A stretch of DNA of 63,693 nt, the filler included, from Welwitschia mirabilis (lineage: Eukaryota): assembly GCA_051453625.1 (NCBI GenBank). It is 8 parts of one record of this genome, joined end to end, with 100 filler letters (N's around TTAATTAATTAA, not from the genome) between each part and the next. Parts side by side here need not be neighbours in the genome. Positions count along the whole stretch, not along the records: positions 37,478 to 51,365 come from JBOZIK010000001.1; positions 51,466 to 58,535 come from JBOZIK010000001.1; 6 more parts are not named here. One strand, given 5' to 3'. Below the pieces are notes generated by a model that ran no database searches, was not told the origin of the DNA, and was given only the letters and a program-made list of their open reading frames with translations. Positions 39,365 to 53,447 of the stretch are shown piece by piece (position 1 is the first letter of the stretch; each line of letters opens with the position of its first letter). A program made the translations under genes and the position numbers.

Positions 39365-40593
39365 TGTTGCAATGCATATTTATGCAATTATTATGTCCTT
39401 GATCAGATCCTGTTAATCAAAAATACTTGCACAAACATAACACACTAATATAAATGAGAGTTAACTCAAATGTCATAATCTGTCAAAGGCACTAAGCTTA
39501 AAGCTAGAGAATTAATTTAAGCAATGTATTTTTAGGTTTTATTTTTATTGGTTCAATAATGAAAATTATAATGCAAGAAAATGAACAAAAATTTAATGAA
39601 GATGCAAACTACTCTAAATGCACTATCTATCTGAATATGAAATTTCTATTACCAAGATCATTTCTGTATAACCTAGATTAATTAAGAAAACTATTACTAA
39701 TTCTAAGAAAGCTAGACTATCAAGTACATTGAACAAAATATGAAAAACATACAAGGATTAAGCTAGGAAATATAAATGTAATGTAATACAAATCTTAGCC
39801 AAATGTATTTCAACCTTGACAAAGATTGTCCTTGATGATCTAATATCAACTTTAAAGTTGTCATAGAATCATAACCAATATAAACCATAAGGGACATGTA
39901 CATGAATAAAAATAAAAGAAAATTTTCATTATTTTTTGAATCAACATCTTGTTATACAGTAGTAGCACCTCAATGAAGGTAATATAATAAAACATCAAAG
40001 AAGACTCCTCTTAGTAACTAGTAAACAAACTTTCTACCCTTTGATATCTTGTCATGAAAATTTTCGATGCCAAAGAAGATGATTGGAATTGATGGTAAAG
40101 GCAATATTTATTTATAATGATAGATTCTAAAATTAAAAAATTTAATACACATAACTAAAACCCTAATGATGCATAAAAGGCACCTAGCACATTGCATAAG
40201 TTTGGTAAAGTTTGGTGCATTAATCAATTTTGGGTATCATCCTGTTAGTCATCTAGATGATGGTAGGGATGATGCTGCATTAAGAGATGTTACAAATTAG
40301 CTTTATCTTTGGTCTAGTTAGCATCCTTATCATCATGCAAGTGGTGTCATTCATACTATTTCCTGGAAAATGGAGGGGATGATAGTCTTTTTAAAGCTCT
40401 TTCATTAATTCCTTCTTAAAATGTGAAGTATCAAAATTAATCAAAAATGCCTCCAAATATACTAGTAATTGCACATTTTCATTATTTTATCCTTGACTTT
40501 TGATAATCATTATTTTCTACTTAAACCTATTTAAATGTCTTGAAAAACTACTTAAAATACCTTATCAAAAACATAAACTTTGGCATTACAACA
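39365..40593 (-). repeat. 3' LTR of A6
   Basis: TGTTGCAATG...GGCATTACAACA, followed by TAACCTTCACTTAG. Confidence 0.88.
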
Positions 40594-42783
40594 TAACCTT
40601 CACTTAGTTTATCAATCATTAACAAAGTTGNNNNNNNNNNNNNNNNNNNNNNNNNNNNNNNNNNNNNNNNNNNNNNNNNNNNNNNNNNNNNNNNNNNNNN
40701 NNNNNNNNNNNNNNNNNNNNNNNNNNNNNNATACCTTATCAAAAACATAAAATTTGGCATTACAACATAACCTCCACTTAGTTTATCAATCGTTAACAAA
40801 GTTGGTGAATAACTATAATTGTAAGCCAATCAAACTAAGATAAATATTAACCAGGAATATGTAAATGAGGTTCAAAAATTTCATTATGTAGGATCAAATC
40901 TCAGAATCAAATAAATCGAATATTTTATCTGGGCAGATCATGTGATCATGATGTCATTTGGTATGTCGTTTATATGATTACGGGGATAATAAGATTTCAA
41001 AAATTAGATTGTAAAATTAATGCCTACAACTATACTCATCCAAAAATAAGATTAGGATACTTACCCATGAGTTAGCTCCCCACTTAAATCTTTTAGCACA
41101 TCAAAAAGATAAAGATTTAAATGTTATAACAAAAAGAATAATCATAAAATATAATTATAATAACTTAGATAAATGATGTGCATGTATTATTAGAAAAATT
41201 AATAACTTTAAAAATAATATTCATAAATCAAATATTGAGTTTTTAAACATAACCTATGAGGGTAAATACATAAGAAGCAATTATAATATTATTTGCCTTC
41301 ATTCATAATTTCTGAATTATTTGGATTATCCCTATAAGAAAAACAAGCTACAAATATTTTGCTATTAAGTACATGGTTTTCATTGAATAATATACATAAT
41401 GCATTTCATTCAACTAATATGTGATCATAATTTGAATTATACATTATAGATATGTCCCATGAATGATTTAAAAACGACCTTCAAAAAATTAAATTTTTGC
41501 TCAAAATATCTTAAAATATATGTCCTGTCCTCCTTCCCCTCCCTTAAGCAAATCAATACGTCTCGTATTGCATTAACATAAGAAGGAAAAAGATGAAAAT
41601 GAAGGTTAATTATAAGTAAGAAAAATAGACAAGACTAGGAGTAGTATTTTGTGCCTGAAAAGGAGGGTCAAAAAGAGTTTTAAAAAGATAAAATAAAAAA
41701 GACAATTTACCTCAGAAAATATCAGTGCATCATTCTACTTAGTTGTCTAGATGACAAGGTGGGCAATAGAGTCTTTTAAAAGATCAGGAAAAATTGAAAG
41801 ATGAGTAGAGTAATTTAAGCTTAGATGGCATCGTAGAGGTTTAAGAAAGTTATCAGAAAGTAGAGAAGAGGAAAAATGGTTAAGAATCTTGATAAATAAG
41901 GCATGATAAAAGAGGTGAATGCACCAAGCTAAGGGAGATTATAAAATGTGCCATGAACTTACAATCATTGAAAAATAGGATGCGTTGAAACTTAAAAAGA
42001 AAATTAAAGAACTACACTTGAAAAGATAATTTAATAAACTTATCATCATAAACTAAATAAATATTATTTGATAAAGGAAAACTAAATTTTATAAAAAAGA
42101 AGTGCAAAATAAAAATAAAAAAGAGCACTACCAAATGATCAAATCCTATGTATTTGTGATGAAAAGGTACAAAAATGACTTCCAAATACCAAAGGAAAAA
42201 ACTAGGAAACATAAAATGAAAACAAGTAACTAAGAACATAATGAAGGTTTTGTACCTACCTAAATTCCAACCTAGCAAACCTTCATAGAAGAAATCATAA
42301 GATCACCTAATTAATAATGCATAACATAATGCAAAGACTTCATAAAGTACCACTTGAATAGGTAGTAACTATGATGATACCAAGTAACTAATGTTTTTAA
42401 ATAATGAATAATAAGATTAAAAAGCTAATTAGAAATGAACTCACCGGCTCAAACCTCAAAACACAACCAAATCCTAAAAATTGAAATGATCATATGAAAA
42501 TACTATAAGCTCGATGAGTCTAAGAAATAAGTAATACCTCTAATAATATGAAGACCACCACTAATCCCATAACCTTAAAGTATTTATTATTAATCCATGA
42601 TGATGGGAGTGCAACCATAGTTAAAGAAGTAGGGAACTGTGAAGCATGGCCAATTGATCCATTAGTGGAGTTCCCAAAGCTACCAACACTACCAAATGTT
42701 CATCTTAATAAAATTTACCCTAATGTGGTAGGACACCATGGTGACCATGTATTTAGCATAGAAATAATAGATCATGGTCATTA

Positions 42784-42785
<2 letters not shown>

Positions 42786-42847
<62 letters not shown>

Positions 42848-42848
42848 C
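42786..42848. repeat. (CT)n microsatellite in the A6 3' UTR
   Basis: Direct reading of the sequence. Confidence 0.95.
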
Positions 42849-45800
42849 CACCCCCCATCCCTTTCTCTTTTTCTCTCTCTCTTTCTTTTAATATAATACT
42901 TTTCAAAATAAATCCCACATAGCCACCTACTCTTAAAGACAAAGGTAAAGAAATGAGATGAAAAATAAGAAAGAACACCCTCAAACAATTAGATGCTTAC
43001 ATCATTGAGAGAAAACACAAAAAATAAAAACATCTTTGTTTAAAATAAAGTTCATAGACACTTAGATGTCTTAAGATTAAGTGTATCTAATCTTATCACT
43101 TTGAATGCCTAAGTAAAAATTACTAGTCATGGTAACTTCAAAAAGTAAAACATAATCAAGTTAAAGATGTTTAAGTGATAGCACGACGTCCACTAAAAGA
43201 ATCAACTAAGAAAGAATTCAAATAATGATAGAAATACTTTCAAAACAATTAGTTCTATCATGTTGAAGTTTTGATAACTCATGAATTTTTAACAATTATC
43301 CATTTTTTGAATTTTCTTAGTGATCAAAATGAAAATCTCAACTGAGCCATTAAAAATACACCTTCTTTAAAAGATAAGGATGTAACCATCTAGAGATAAA
43401 TTTATTGTGTAAAAATAAAATGAAAAAACAAGGCAAAAACATAACAACATAAAATAAAAAGGAAATACCAACACAAACTAAAAGCAAGTTTTATTTGGAT
43501 TCTAAATTCTATTCAAGACTTTTATTGAAAAGAAAGAAAAAGAAACATTTATTTGCTAAAGTTGTGATCCTAGATATTGAATTTTCTCAAAAAATAAAGA
43601 CCAAATTAAATATTAATTAATTAATAAAACATTAAAAATATTTAATCATTTTTTAGTAAAATCAATTAGAAGTAAACAAAATAAAAGAGAAAAAATTTGA
43701 TAGCACAAATTTTAGAATTTAAATATCAGATAAAGAAGTGATAAATTTCATTGAAAAATAATCTCTTATTAAAACGATGTAAATTATGAGTATTATTATA
43801 TAATTCATGTAAGGAATTACTCAAAGAAAGCATCCAAGAAGTGCTTGAAGGCTCTTTAGAATGTTTAGTGAATTCATAAATCTTTCTATTATTCAATTCA
43901 AGATATGGATTTTTATTAAGAAAGTAATGATTTTTCTAATTATCATGACTACATGGCATTTTATCTCTATAAGATTTATTAGCAATATAAGAAATGGAAA
44001 AAATTCATATAACTCATGGAAAAATGATCTCTTATCCAACTCATGATGTAAAGAATTTGAAACATAGATTTCATTTAAATCTTGATATTGAAAATGGAAG
44101 ACATTAATGGTGCTATTAGGAATCAAAGATTTTTGAGGAAACTTCTTAGGATGACTAATTAAGATAGGTTTAACATAGTTAATAAGCTCATTAAGGTTTA
44201 ATTATAAGCATGGATAGGATTAGAAAGATAATATTTGCCATAATTTAAAGTTCCATATCCCAAATCTTGTTTTCTAAAAGAGCAACCATTAGGGGCACAA
44301 GGTAAAGTGGACTTTATAAAAGAGGAAAAGATGTTACTTTGAGTTTTACATAGAGTTATAAGACAAAAACATTGAGAGATTTTAGGAGTAGATTTCTCAA
44401 GATGATGTGTTTCATTAAAATATAGGAGAGGGACATGATTTTAAGAATTATTTAAATGTTCAAATGAGAGAGAGAAAGAAATGTTATCATTGTTAAGATC
44501 ACAAGATACTGTGAAAGTAGGAGTAAAAGGAGAGATGTCCTTTGTCATTTAAGGTTTTGCATAAAAGTACTAGTGAAAGTGATGAATAAGCATGTGTAGA
44601 ATCTTTAAGTTGATTTATTTCATTATACGGTATAGGTCTATTCTCCATTAAGTTTGGTTGATTTTCAATAGGCTCTTCTTTCCTATCCTTCTTATTGTTG
44701 ACCTTAGCATTACTTAGTTGAATTCTTTCTTTACTTTTTTTATTACTATCTTTGATAATATCTCACTCTTTTTCATTATCTTTATCATTATCATTGACTA
44801 TATCTTTCTCTTATTTATTAAACCTATTATTATTTTGTTAAGGATTATAATCATTCTTTAAGTTGGTTGATTCATCAAAAAGATCATGAACAAAATCATA
44901 AAAATAAAAGTTCTCACTGTTTTCATTATGTGATGGGATATTTTCTAATATTTCTTTTGTTGATTCTTCTTCCTCTTTGTTGAATAATTCTATTAATTCT
45001 AACTCTAAACTATAATCCTCATTATCTATTATGTTGATATGTTATCACTGATTATTGTTTAGGACTATCGTCTGGATGACATCGGTGGGCTACTCCCTTA
45101 ATTATGTGAATTATTCATTGATTTCAATTCATTACATAAATTTTCCATTAATGTCATATTTTGAAATTCTATTAAAGGTTTGACTCCTGCATCCTCATCA
45201 CAAAGTAAGTAAAAACCATGGATATGATCTGCTATCTGAATATCATTATCATCATCTTCTTCCTCATCATCCTTATCATTATATTGTATGTCATTGTTTT
45301 CCAATTCATTAGAAGGAGAAATTTGATCATTATCTTTATCATGTATTAAAGAATATTTAGAATTTTCATGAATTAATTCTTTTATTTCATTCATATTTAA
45401 AAAGAAATAAATGGAATTATAATCATCGTTCTTTGACAAATAGTCATGTTCATTCGTATTATGAAATAATGGAGTTGGATCATCATTGTTCTTATTTTAT
45501 TATCCATCTCCTAATAAGTGGAATGTCGTAGGTTGATCCATAATTTCATTTTCTAGGTTAAAGCAAAAATTATTGTTACTTGTTTCTAAGTTCTATTTAT
45601 GAATTTTAAGGTAAGATATAATAGCATAAGTTTGAGCCATAAAAGATTCTTGGGATAGTTGAATTTGTAATAAATTTTGTTGAAACATCTTAATTAAATT
45701 TTCTATGTCCTTATTGATATTTTCTCATCTATTTTTTTTTTCATTAATATTTCTTTGACTAATTTTTTCTTTCTCCCCAATAATTTATGGTAGATATATT

Positions 45801-47129
45801 TTCCTCTTCATGATAATTGATAAGAGATAGTTGTTCTTCATAATAGTCTATTAAAAATGATTGTTCCTCATAATAACTAATGGGAGATGATTGGAATTCA
45901 CTAAAATGATTATAGGATGTATCGTTAAGTGAGATGGAATTTCTAAAATGTTGTAAGTCGTCATTATAATTTTTACATTAAGCTTAAAAATATAGAGGGG
46001 AAAAATGAGAAGGTTGAAAAAAGAAATGAACCAAGTTCCAAGCCTTAACATCATTTGGAGTTGCCCAAAATTATTCTTCAAATATTTCTCTAAGTGTTCT
46101 ATTTCCATTTTTTTTGACACTTTATTATTTCTTATGATGTCAACTCTTATTTCATCCAATATTTCTCCCATTGTTCTTTTATCATTATTTGTAGAAATTC
46201 TTACATTTCTTCTTTCTTCATCTAGTATTTCTTTAATGGTCCTAGCATTTAGAAGTAAATGAGAAGGGTGAACAAGAAGAATTATTGGTTCTAGGTTTTC
46301 TATCATAATTAGGAGATAATTTAAAATATTTTCAATTTTTATATCTCCTTCTAGCAATTATCTCTTCAATTGTAATGCATGTTCACATTTGAACTAAATA
46401 TTTCTATCATGTTTGTATTAAGTAATACTACTCTATAATAAAGAAAGGGATAAAATGGTCTTTCTCCTATTCTATTATTTTTACCACTACTCTTTGAAAA
46501 TTTTTGATTCTATCGTAACAAAAGTAGAAAAATATTTTCTTCAAATCTTGAAAATTACATAACTAAGATGAGCATACCTAAATTTTATTTGTAGACGAGT
46601 AAATCTTTCTGATACTTTTCTTAATCTAGCTTTATTCCCTTAGATATTTTAGCTTTTTTCTAGATTTTATCACATTCCTAAATGCTTAGAAAAATGTTTG
46701 TTTATTCATTATCTCGGTCATCATCCATATGATATCCTAGGTGACTAGAAAATAAAAGACAAAAAACAAAGAAAATGAAAACTAAAATCACCAAAAATCA
46801 AAACATAAACATACTATTAGTTGTCTTCTTATTCCATTTAGATGATAGAGGAGAAAATATTAACTTATTACATAGTGGAAAACCAAAAATAAAAATTTTA
46901 AAAAAAATCTTAAAAAATCCTAATCCTAGGTCATTATCTACCTATGTCATCTGAATAACACATAGGATGATATGTTAAAAAACATAGAATGAAAAAGAAT
47001 AGAAAAAATGTGGAAAGAAAAAAACTATAGTATTAGCAGTAAAAATACTATGCTACTATAAACAAATACTTAAACTAAAATCTAAGGCACTTATCTAGGT
47101 AATGACAATCCTCAAACTCCTTATAGCAT

Positions 47130-47147
47130 TTCCCAATAATGGTTCCA
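47130..47147 (-). promoter_or_regulatory. Degenerate PBS, tRNA-Asp type
   Basis: Minus strand TGGAACCATTATTGGGAA, 3 nt from the LTR, in the same context as the PBSs at 3353 and 17139. Confidence 0.7.
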
Positions 47148-47150
47148 AGA

Positions 47151-48390
47151 TGTTGTGATGCATATTTATGCACTTATCACATCCTTAGTTAATTCCTGTC
47201 AATCACAAATACTTATACGAACATAACATACTAGTATAGATAAGAGTTAATCCAAATGCCATAATCCATCAAAGGCACTAGGCTTAAAACCAGAGTATTA
47301 ATTTAAGTGATGCATTTTTAGATTTTTCTTTTTTGGTTTGATAATGAAAAGTAAAACGTAAAAAAATAAACACACTAATGCAATGCAAATGCAAAGTACC
47401 CTAAATGTAATATTTATCTTACTACTAAATCTCTATCACTAAGATTGGACTTGTATAACTTAGATTAATCAAGAAAATCATTACTAATCCTAACTAACCT
47501 AGGCTATTAAGTACATTGAATAGAATATGAAAAACATGCAATGATTAAGCTAGGAATATAAATGCAATGGAATGAAAATCCTAGACTAATGTATTTCAAC
47601 CTTGATAAAGGATTCCCTTGATGATCTATATCAACTATGAAGCTATCATAAATCATAACCAATATAAACCATAAGGACATGCATATAAATAAAACTAAAA
47701 GAATATTTTCATTATTTGTTAAACCAACATCCTATTACAAAGTAGCAACACCTCAATAAAGGAGACACAACCCAACACTAAGGAAGACTCCTTTTGACAA
47801 CTAATGGATGGACCTTCTGCCCTTTGATCTCCTATTATAAGAATGTCCAATGCCGAAGAATATGATCAAAATTAAGGATAAAGGTTATGTTTATTTACAA
47901 TAAAAGACTTTAGAAATAGCAAGTCTAAAATATACAACCAAAACGCTAATGATGCATAAGAGATACATAACATATTGCATAAGTTGGATGAAGTTTGGTG
48001 CATTGACTAATTTTATGTGTCATAATGATAATCATCTGAATGATGCCACATTAGAAGATATTTCAAATTAGCTTCCATCTTTGATCTAGTTGGCATCCTT
48101 GTCATCATGCAAATGGTTTCATTTATACTACCATCCAAATTATGGAGGGGATAATAGTATTTTTTGAATCTCTTTTATCAAGTTAAATTAGCCTTATAAA
48201 TCATTAATTATTCCTTAGAATTTGAAGTATCAGAATTGATTCAAAATTCTTTCAAATGTACTAGTGATTGTGCATTTCTTTTATGTTCTTCTTAACTCTC
48301 AATAATCATCGTTTTCTGCTTATACCTATCTAAATGTCTTAAAACTACTCAAAATACCCCATCAAAAACATACAATTTGGTATTGCAACA
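47151..48390 (-). repeat. 5' LTR of A6
   Basis: TGTTGTGATG...GGTATTGCAACA; colinear with 39365-40593. Confidence 0.88.
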
Positions 48391-51365
48391 TAACCCAAAT
48401 TAGCCATTATAATATATATCCAAATAATATTTAATCTTAAATAGTACTAAATAGATATTAACATGTGCTAGAGAGAGAGATAGGGGAGGAGAGGGAGTGA
48501 GGGCAGAAAATGCATCCATTGATAAATAAAGTTTCCTCAAAGGAGGAAACAAAAATAATACCAAGGAGAACCTCTTTCATAAGTGGATGGATTCTCTACC
48601 CAAAATGCTTCAATGTCATAAGCCATCTTGATACAAAAAAGATAAAGAAATGAAACATCTAAAGGGGCATTTATAGCTTTGAATTAGTAGTTACGGTCAT
48701 TACGCAGTTGCAATCAGAGGAGGTGGTTAATATAAATTTAGTAATAGATTGAATGGTTATTCATTCCTTACAAACTTATATTAGTGGTTATATTCATTAT
48801 ATAGTTGTAATAAAAAAGGATGATTACGATATAAATTTAGTAATAAAACTGAATGATTGTTTATTTATTATAAATCATCATTCACCTAGACTTCATTTGG
48901 ATAAGATAGAGGATAAGGTATCTAATCATTCATATTTAACTAATGCTATACTATATTAGTCTCTTTGAATTTGGTTATAAGTACTTGTCTCCTACCTTCA
49001 TTTGAATGATTATTGGTACATAAGGATTCACAATCCATTACTTAATTCCTAAATGATCTTGATTTCATCATCAAATTGAGTTTGTAGATTTGATGCATTA
49101 AGAACAGCTCTAAGGCATCACTAATAATAATGTTAACTCTATTAATTAATGTTAAGGTATTTTCTTGAGATCTCATCATGTTGTTAAATATTATTATTAT
49201 CTAATTAATTATCTATCAAAGATCTAGTAATGGAATCATGATGAATCATGCTAAAAAAAAATCCAAAAAGATTGATAAATGATGAAAAACTAGGAACTTT
49301 GATTATTCATGACAAGGAATAAGCTTTTGATGTTATTTCACTAACAACATTCTAAATGATAAACATACTTCATAAATGATATTAAATATAGTCAATTTAG
49401 CATTACAACATAGCCCCTCACTTAGTATTTGTGACTCCTTGACATATTAAGCAGATAACCATTAGTAAGTCAAATTAACAAGATAAATAATATAATCCAA
49501 ATACAAGATGAAGCATTAAATAATTTACCATGTAGGCTTCTAACTTACACTAAAGTAGATAATATATCTAACAACTAACTATGCCTTTATATTGAAGCTT
49601 TATCTAGATAATAGGGTGAATGAGGAACTTAAACAAAATTAATTTTTAAAATAGATTTGAAATTTTTAACTCTTTTAAACAATAACATAATTACACTCAT
49701 AAATGAAAAACCTATAAATCACCTTAAAATGATCACTAGAAGAAATGTTATATAATATTCAAATATCAAATTTCAAAAATCATGTACCATCAATCAAGCA
49801 TGTATAGTATAACTCAAAAATATGCCATTAAATTTTAAAAATATGCTATTAAAGTAAAATTTTTATTTAAAGTAAAAATTTTATCAAACATTCATTCCCA
49901 AAGTAAAAATAAACTCCTATTCCCCATCAAATGAATTAACTCATCCTAAAATAACATGAAAGTAATGGAGAAAAATAGCTTAGATGTCTTATAAATAAAC
50001 TAATTATAATCACACATGAGTTAAGAGTTAGGTGAAATAAAGTTGTAATGAGATGGAGCATAAGCATCAAATAAGGAATGACATTAAGTAGATAAAGTTT
50101 GAAATTATGGTATAGTCAAGTGTAAAATAAGTTTCAAGATATAAAATCAATCATAAAAGAGGCACACTTAAAACATTACAAGCATAATTAATGTAAAGAG
50201 CAATAAAAAGAAACCAAAGATGCATTAGAGGTAAGAGGTTCATTTGTGTAAAAGATAAACTAGGGCAAATTAGGGGTTTCACTTAAGTGAGGTAGAAAAT
50301 GGAATGAATCTAAAATTGGTAGCTAATGGAAAAATAAATAATATGGTTAAAAAAAGATCAGTATTACCAATTAATTTTAGAAAATGATAAATTATTAAAA
50401 CTAGTGATGTCACTCCTATGAGGAATAAGAGTAAATGCAAAAATAACTAATTACAAACATTGTAAAAACACTCAAAGTCAAAATAGATTAAAAATCAATA
50501 TATAGAATATTGACTAATATGCCATAATGTTAATCTAACAAGAGCCTTTTATCCATGTTATTAAACCACTTAACATTATAGATGCATAGTTCCATGTTAA
50601 ATGCCATGTATCATGCAATAAAAGGTAGTGGTTGTAATAGCATTTAATAATTATCTTATAAATAACTAATATAATATTAAGATCATAATTTAATTTGATC
50701 ATTAGCTTTAATAGAAACATATGCCTAATTAGTAATTAGTTTACCATCTAATAACTAATGTGTTATAACTACTCACAAAGGCATGACTCAAAGCTAAGTC
50801 AATGAGGTATTGAAAAAGACCATTTACTATGATGATAAAAGTACAAAAACTACTAAGAGAGTTAGAACCCATAAGATGAAGCAAGATCATAGATAACTCA
50901 TCTTTTGGTGAAGTTTCCATAGCTACCATATTGCACTACCAAAAGATCCCCTTGGGGAAATTTACCTTAGTAAACTTGTAATAGCACATCATAGAATTAA
51001 TAATGAGAGTTCAATTTTGAAATTTTAGTTTTCCAATTTACTTAGATTTGTTCTTTTTTTAATTATGAAACATTAATTAATCATTGAAGTGGTAAAATAA
51101 CACATATGAAATTGAAGAGAAGAATTTGATTTAACATAATTTACATTGTAATAAGATAGCATAGATATTTGTCTTTCAATAAAATGTTCATAGTGTTGTA
51201 GTTAGGTTTTTCTACACTTGTATCACTATGTGTGAAGCTAAACTTAACTTTTACTAAAATTAACTTTCATTTGAAGTATAGCCCAGTGTCATTACTTCAA
51301 GAGGATAATATGCAATAAATAAAATAGTAAATAGTACATAAACTGAACTTCTGCAACTCTCATAG
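48391..51365 (-). mobile_element. Older divergent family-A-related element: remainder of 3' LTR (to 49410), PPT and 3' UTR; first LTR part probably ~39060-39364
   Basis: GCATTACAACA|TAGCCCCTCACTTAG at 49400-49425; conserved 3' UTR block at ~50870-50992. Confidence 0.6.
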
Positions 51366-51465
51366 NNNNNNNNNNNNNNNNNNNNNNNNNNNNNNNNNNN
51401 NNNNNNNNNTTAATTAATTAANNNNNNNNNNNNNNNNNNNNNNNNNNNNNNNNNNNNNNNNNNNN

Positions 51466-51637
51466 CACAATTTCCTTTTAAAAGCAACTCTTTATTTTTC
51501 ATACTTTGACCTTCGACGGAATTATGACATTTTGGATCACTCCCATCTATACTAGTGTGTTGTGTTTGTGCATATTAATTGTGATTAATAAGATTTAGCT
51601 AAGGATGTAAAATGTTGCATAAATATGCACCGTAACA
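51466..51637 (+). repeat. 3' end of a family-A LTR in + orientation
   Basis: Reverse complement of the LTR starts at 39365 and 47151; ends GCATAAATATGCACCGTAACA; no PBS follows. Confidence 0.8.
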
Positions 51638-53447
51638 AAATACATCTATATTAAACTAAGAAGATGATAAGGTTAAAGATGTTTAGCAAATTAAAGATGT
51701 TAATACTACTTCAACTATTGGAAGACATCTACTAAATTGAAGATGTTTATATTAAACTCAAAGAAATGATAGAGATTAATTTTATTATGATGAATTATTT
51801 ACGTTTCTAGGGATTAGGCAAGTTTTAGATGATGAATTTGTAATGCCTAAGGGGTAGAAATATTGTAATTCAAAGCTTAGTAAAATCTAGGCAGTTTGAC
51901 TAAAGATGTCTTTTAGGATAAAGATGTCTCCTTAACAGAGACATTTACTATAGTAAAGACATCTATCTTAAAAATTAATGAAAAATAAAATAGCTATTAA
52001 ACAATTAAATCTTAGCCATTTATAGTTGTTACACAATATTTAAATGATTTTAAATGGCTATCTCATTAGGCTAAAGGCTAAGAAAACCTTTCAAGCATAA
52101 AAGGCAAAAAGTGTAAAAAAGTAAGGGTTACTCATGTGGGTGATTAGTACTACACATGAATAATTTTTTATCCTTAATGAAGATAATCATTTACTGAGAA
52201 TACTACTTGATCTTTATCTCTTCCATTGCTACGTAACTCTAATCTTAGATATTCATGGGTAACTATATTAAGAAGAACTTAAGCTTTTATCAAAGTGACA
52301 TCTTTTAGACTTGATGTTTATTCTTTTTATTTTTTATTAGCAATTAATTATAGAACTATTAGATTATTATATTCATTCTTTCTAGTTTATAAATTATAAT
52401 CATTTTCTTTGTAGAATCCCTGACTCAGGGATTCGAAAGTGTAAGGCAACCCTTATATAGGTGTACTTCTTTAAGTGCTTTTATCTATTATAATTCCCAA
52501 GGGAAAGAGAGTACTACCTTATAAGAAGAATTTCAATTATATGCAAGGTTGGTGATGCTCCAAAATCAATGTTTTCATAATTTAAGGATTCTAAAGGTAT
52601 AAAAGGAAACTACCTTTTGTGTGTGAACATATCTAAGTTGGGAAAACCAAATTAATTAGTAAAGTATCTATTGTGTATTTTATTTATTTTTAGTTGGAAA
52701 TTTTTATTTAGTAAAACTCATTCACATCTTTCCTGTGAATTCAATAATTATTAAGTGATATTAGAGTAGGTACTTATAAAAAGGAGTAACATCTTTAAGT
52801 GAACTATAAAATGGGTGCCTTCTGTTAGACCTCCACTCTTTTTTGGAATGAACTATGCTTATTAGAAGATAAGGATGTGAGTGTAATTATAATCCTTTAA
52901 GTTTCATGTTTAGCAAAGATTTTAAGATGGATGTTTTAGAATCTACAAAAACCAATGTAAATGCTACAAGAAACTCCATCGCTTAAATCAAATCCTTACT
53001 CAGCCCTTACAATGAAGTAATTCAACCAAATATCTAGATATAAAATAGCATAAGAGATAAAAAATTTTGTAGTGGAAACATATACAAGGAACTTCATGTA
53101 CAGATGAAAGGCAAAGAATGTTCTTTACTTAGCCTTTACAATGAAGTAATTCAACCAAATAACTAGATACAAATTAGTATAAGAGATACAAAATGTTATA
53201 GTGGGAACATATAAAGGAACCTCTATTATCAATTAATTAAATCTCATTATTTAAACTAATCAATCAGAAAACTTTAAGATAAATAATGATGAAAGAATAC
53301 ATGAGTAGTTTACAAGAATCTTAAATATTATGAATGCCATATGTTGCATTGATGAAAATATTCCAGAGGCTAAGGTAATTTAAAAGGTACTTAGATCATT
53401 AACTCTAGAATATATGTCAAAAATAATTGTAATGAAAGAATCAAGGG
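51638..53447 (+). mobile_element. SIRE/Maximus-like Ty1/copia remnant: part of 5' LTR, PBS, gag
   Basis: TGATATTAGAGT at 52756-52767 (cf. Met PBS TGGTATCAGAGC); RPPLFFGMNYAY*KIRM at ~52827 (cf. RPPLFDGTNYxYWKxRM); KVLRSL..SKIIVMKES at ~53384-53443. Confidence 0.8.

Larger units (their letters stand above)
39365..48390 (-). mobile_element. Non-autonomous family-A element A6 (two LTRs, PBS, PPT, no RT or RNase H)
   Basis: LTRs 39365-40593 and 47151-48390; PPT at 40594; PBS 47130-47147; only gag fragments and the integrase tail (~43250-43410) are recognisable. Confidence 0.75.
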
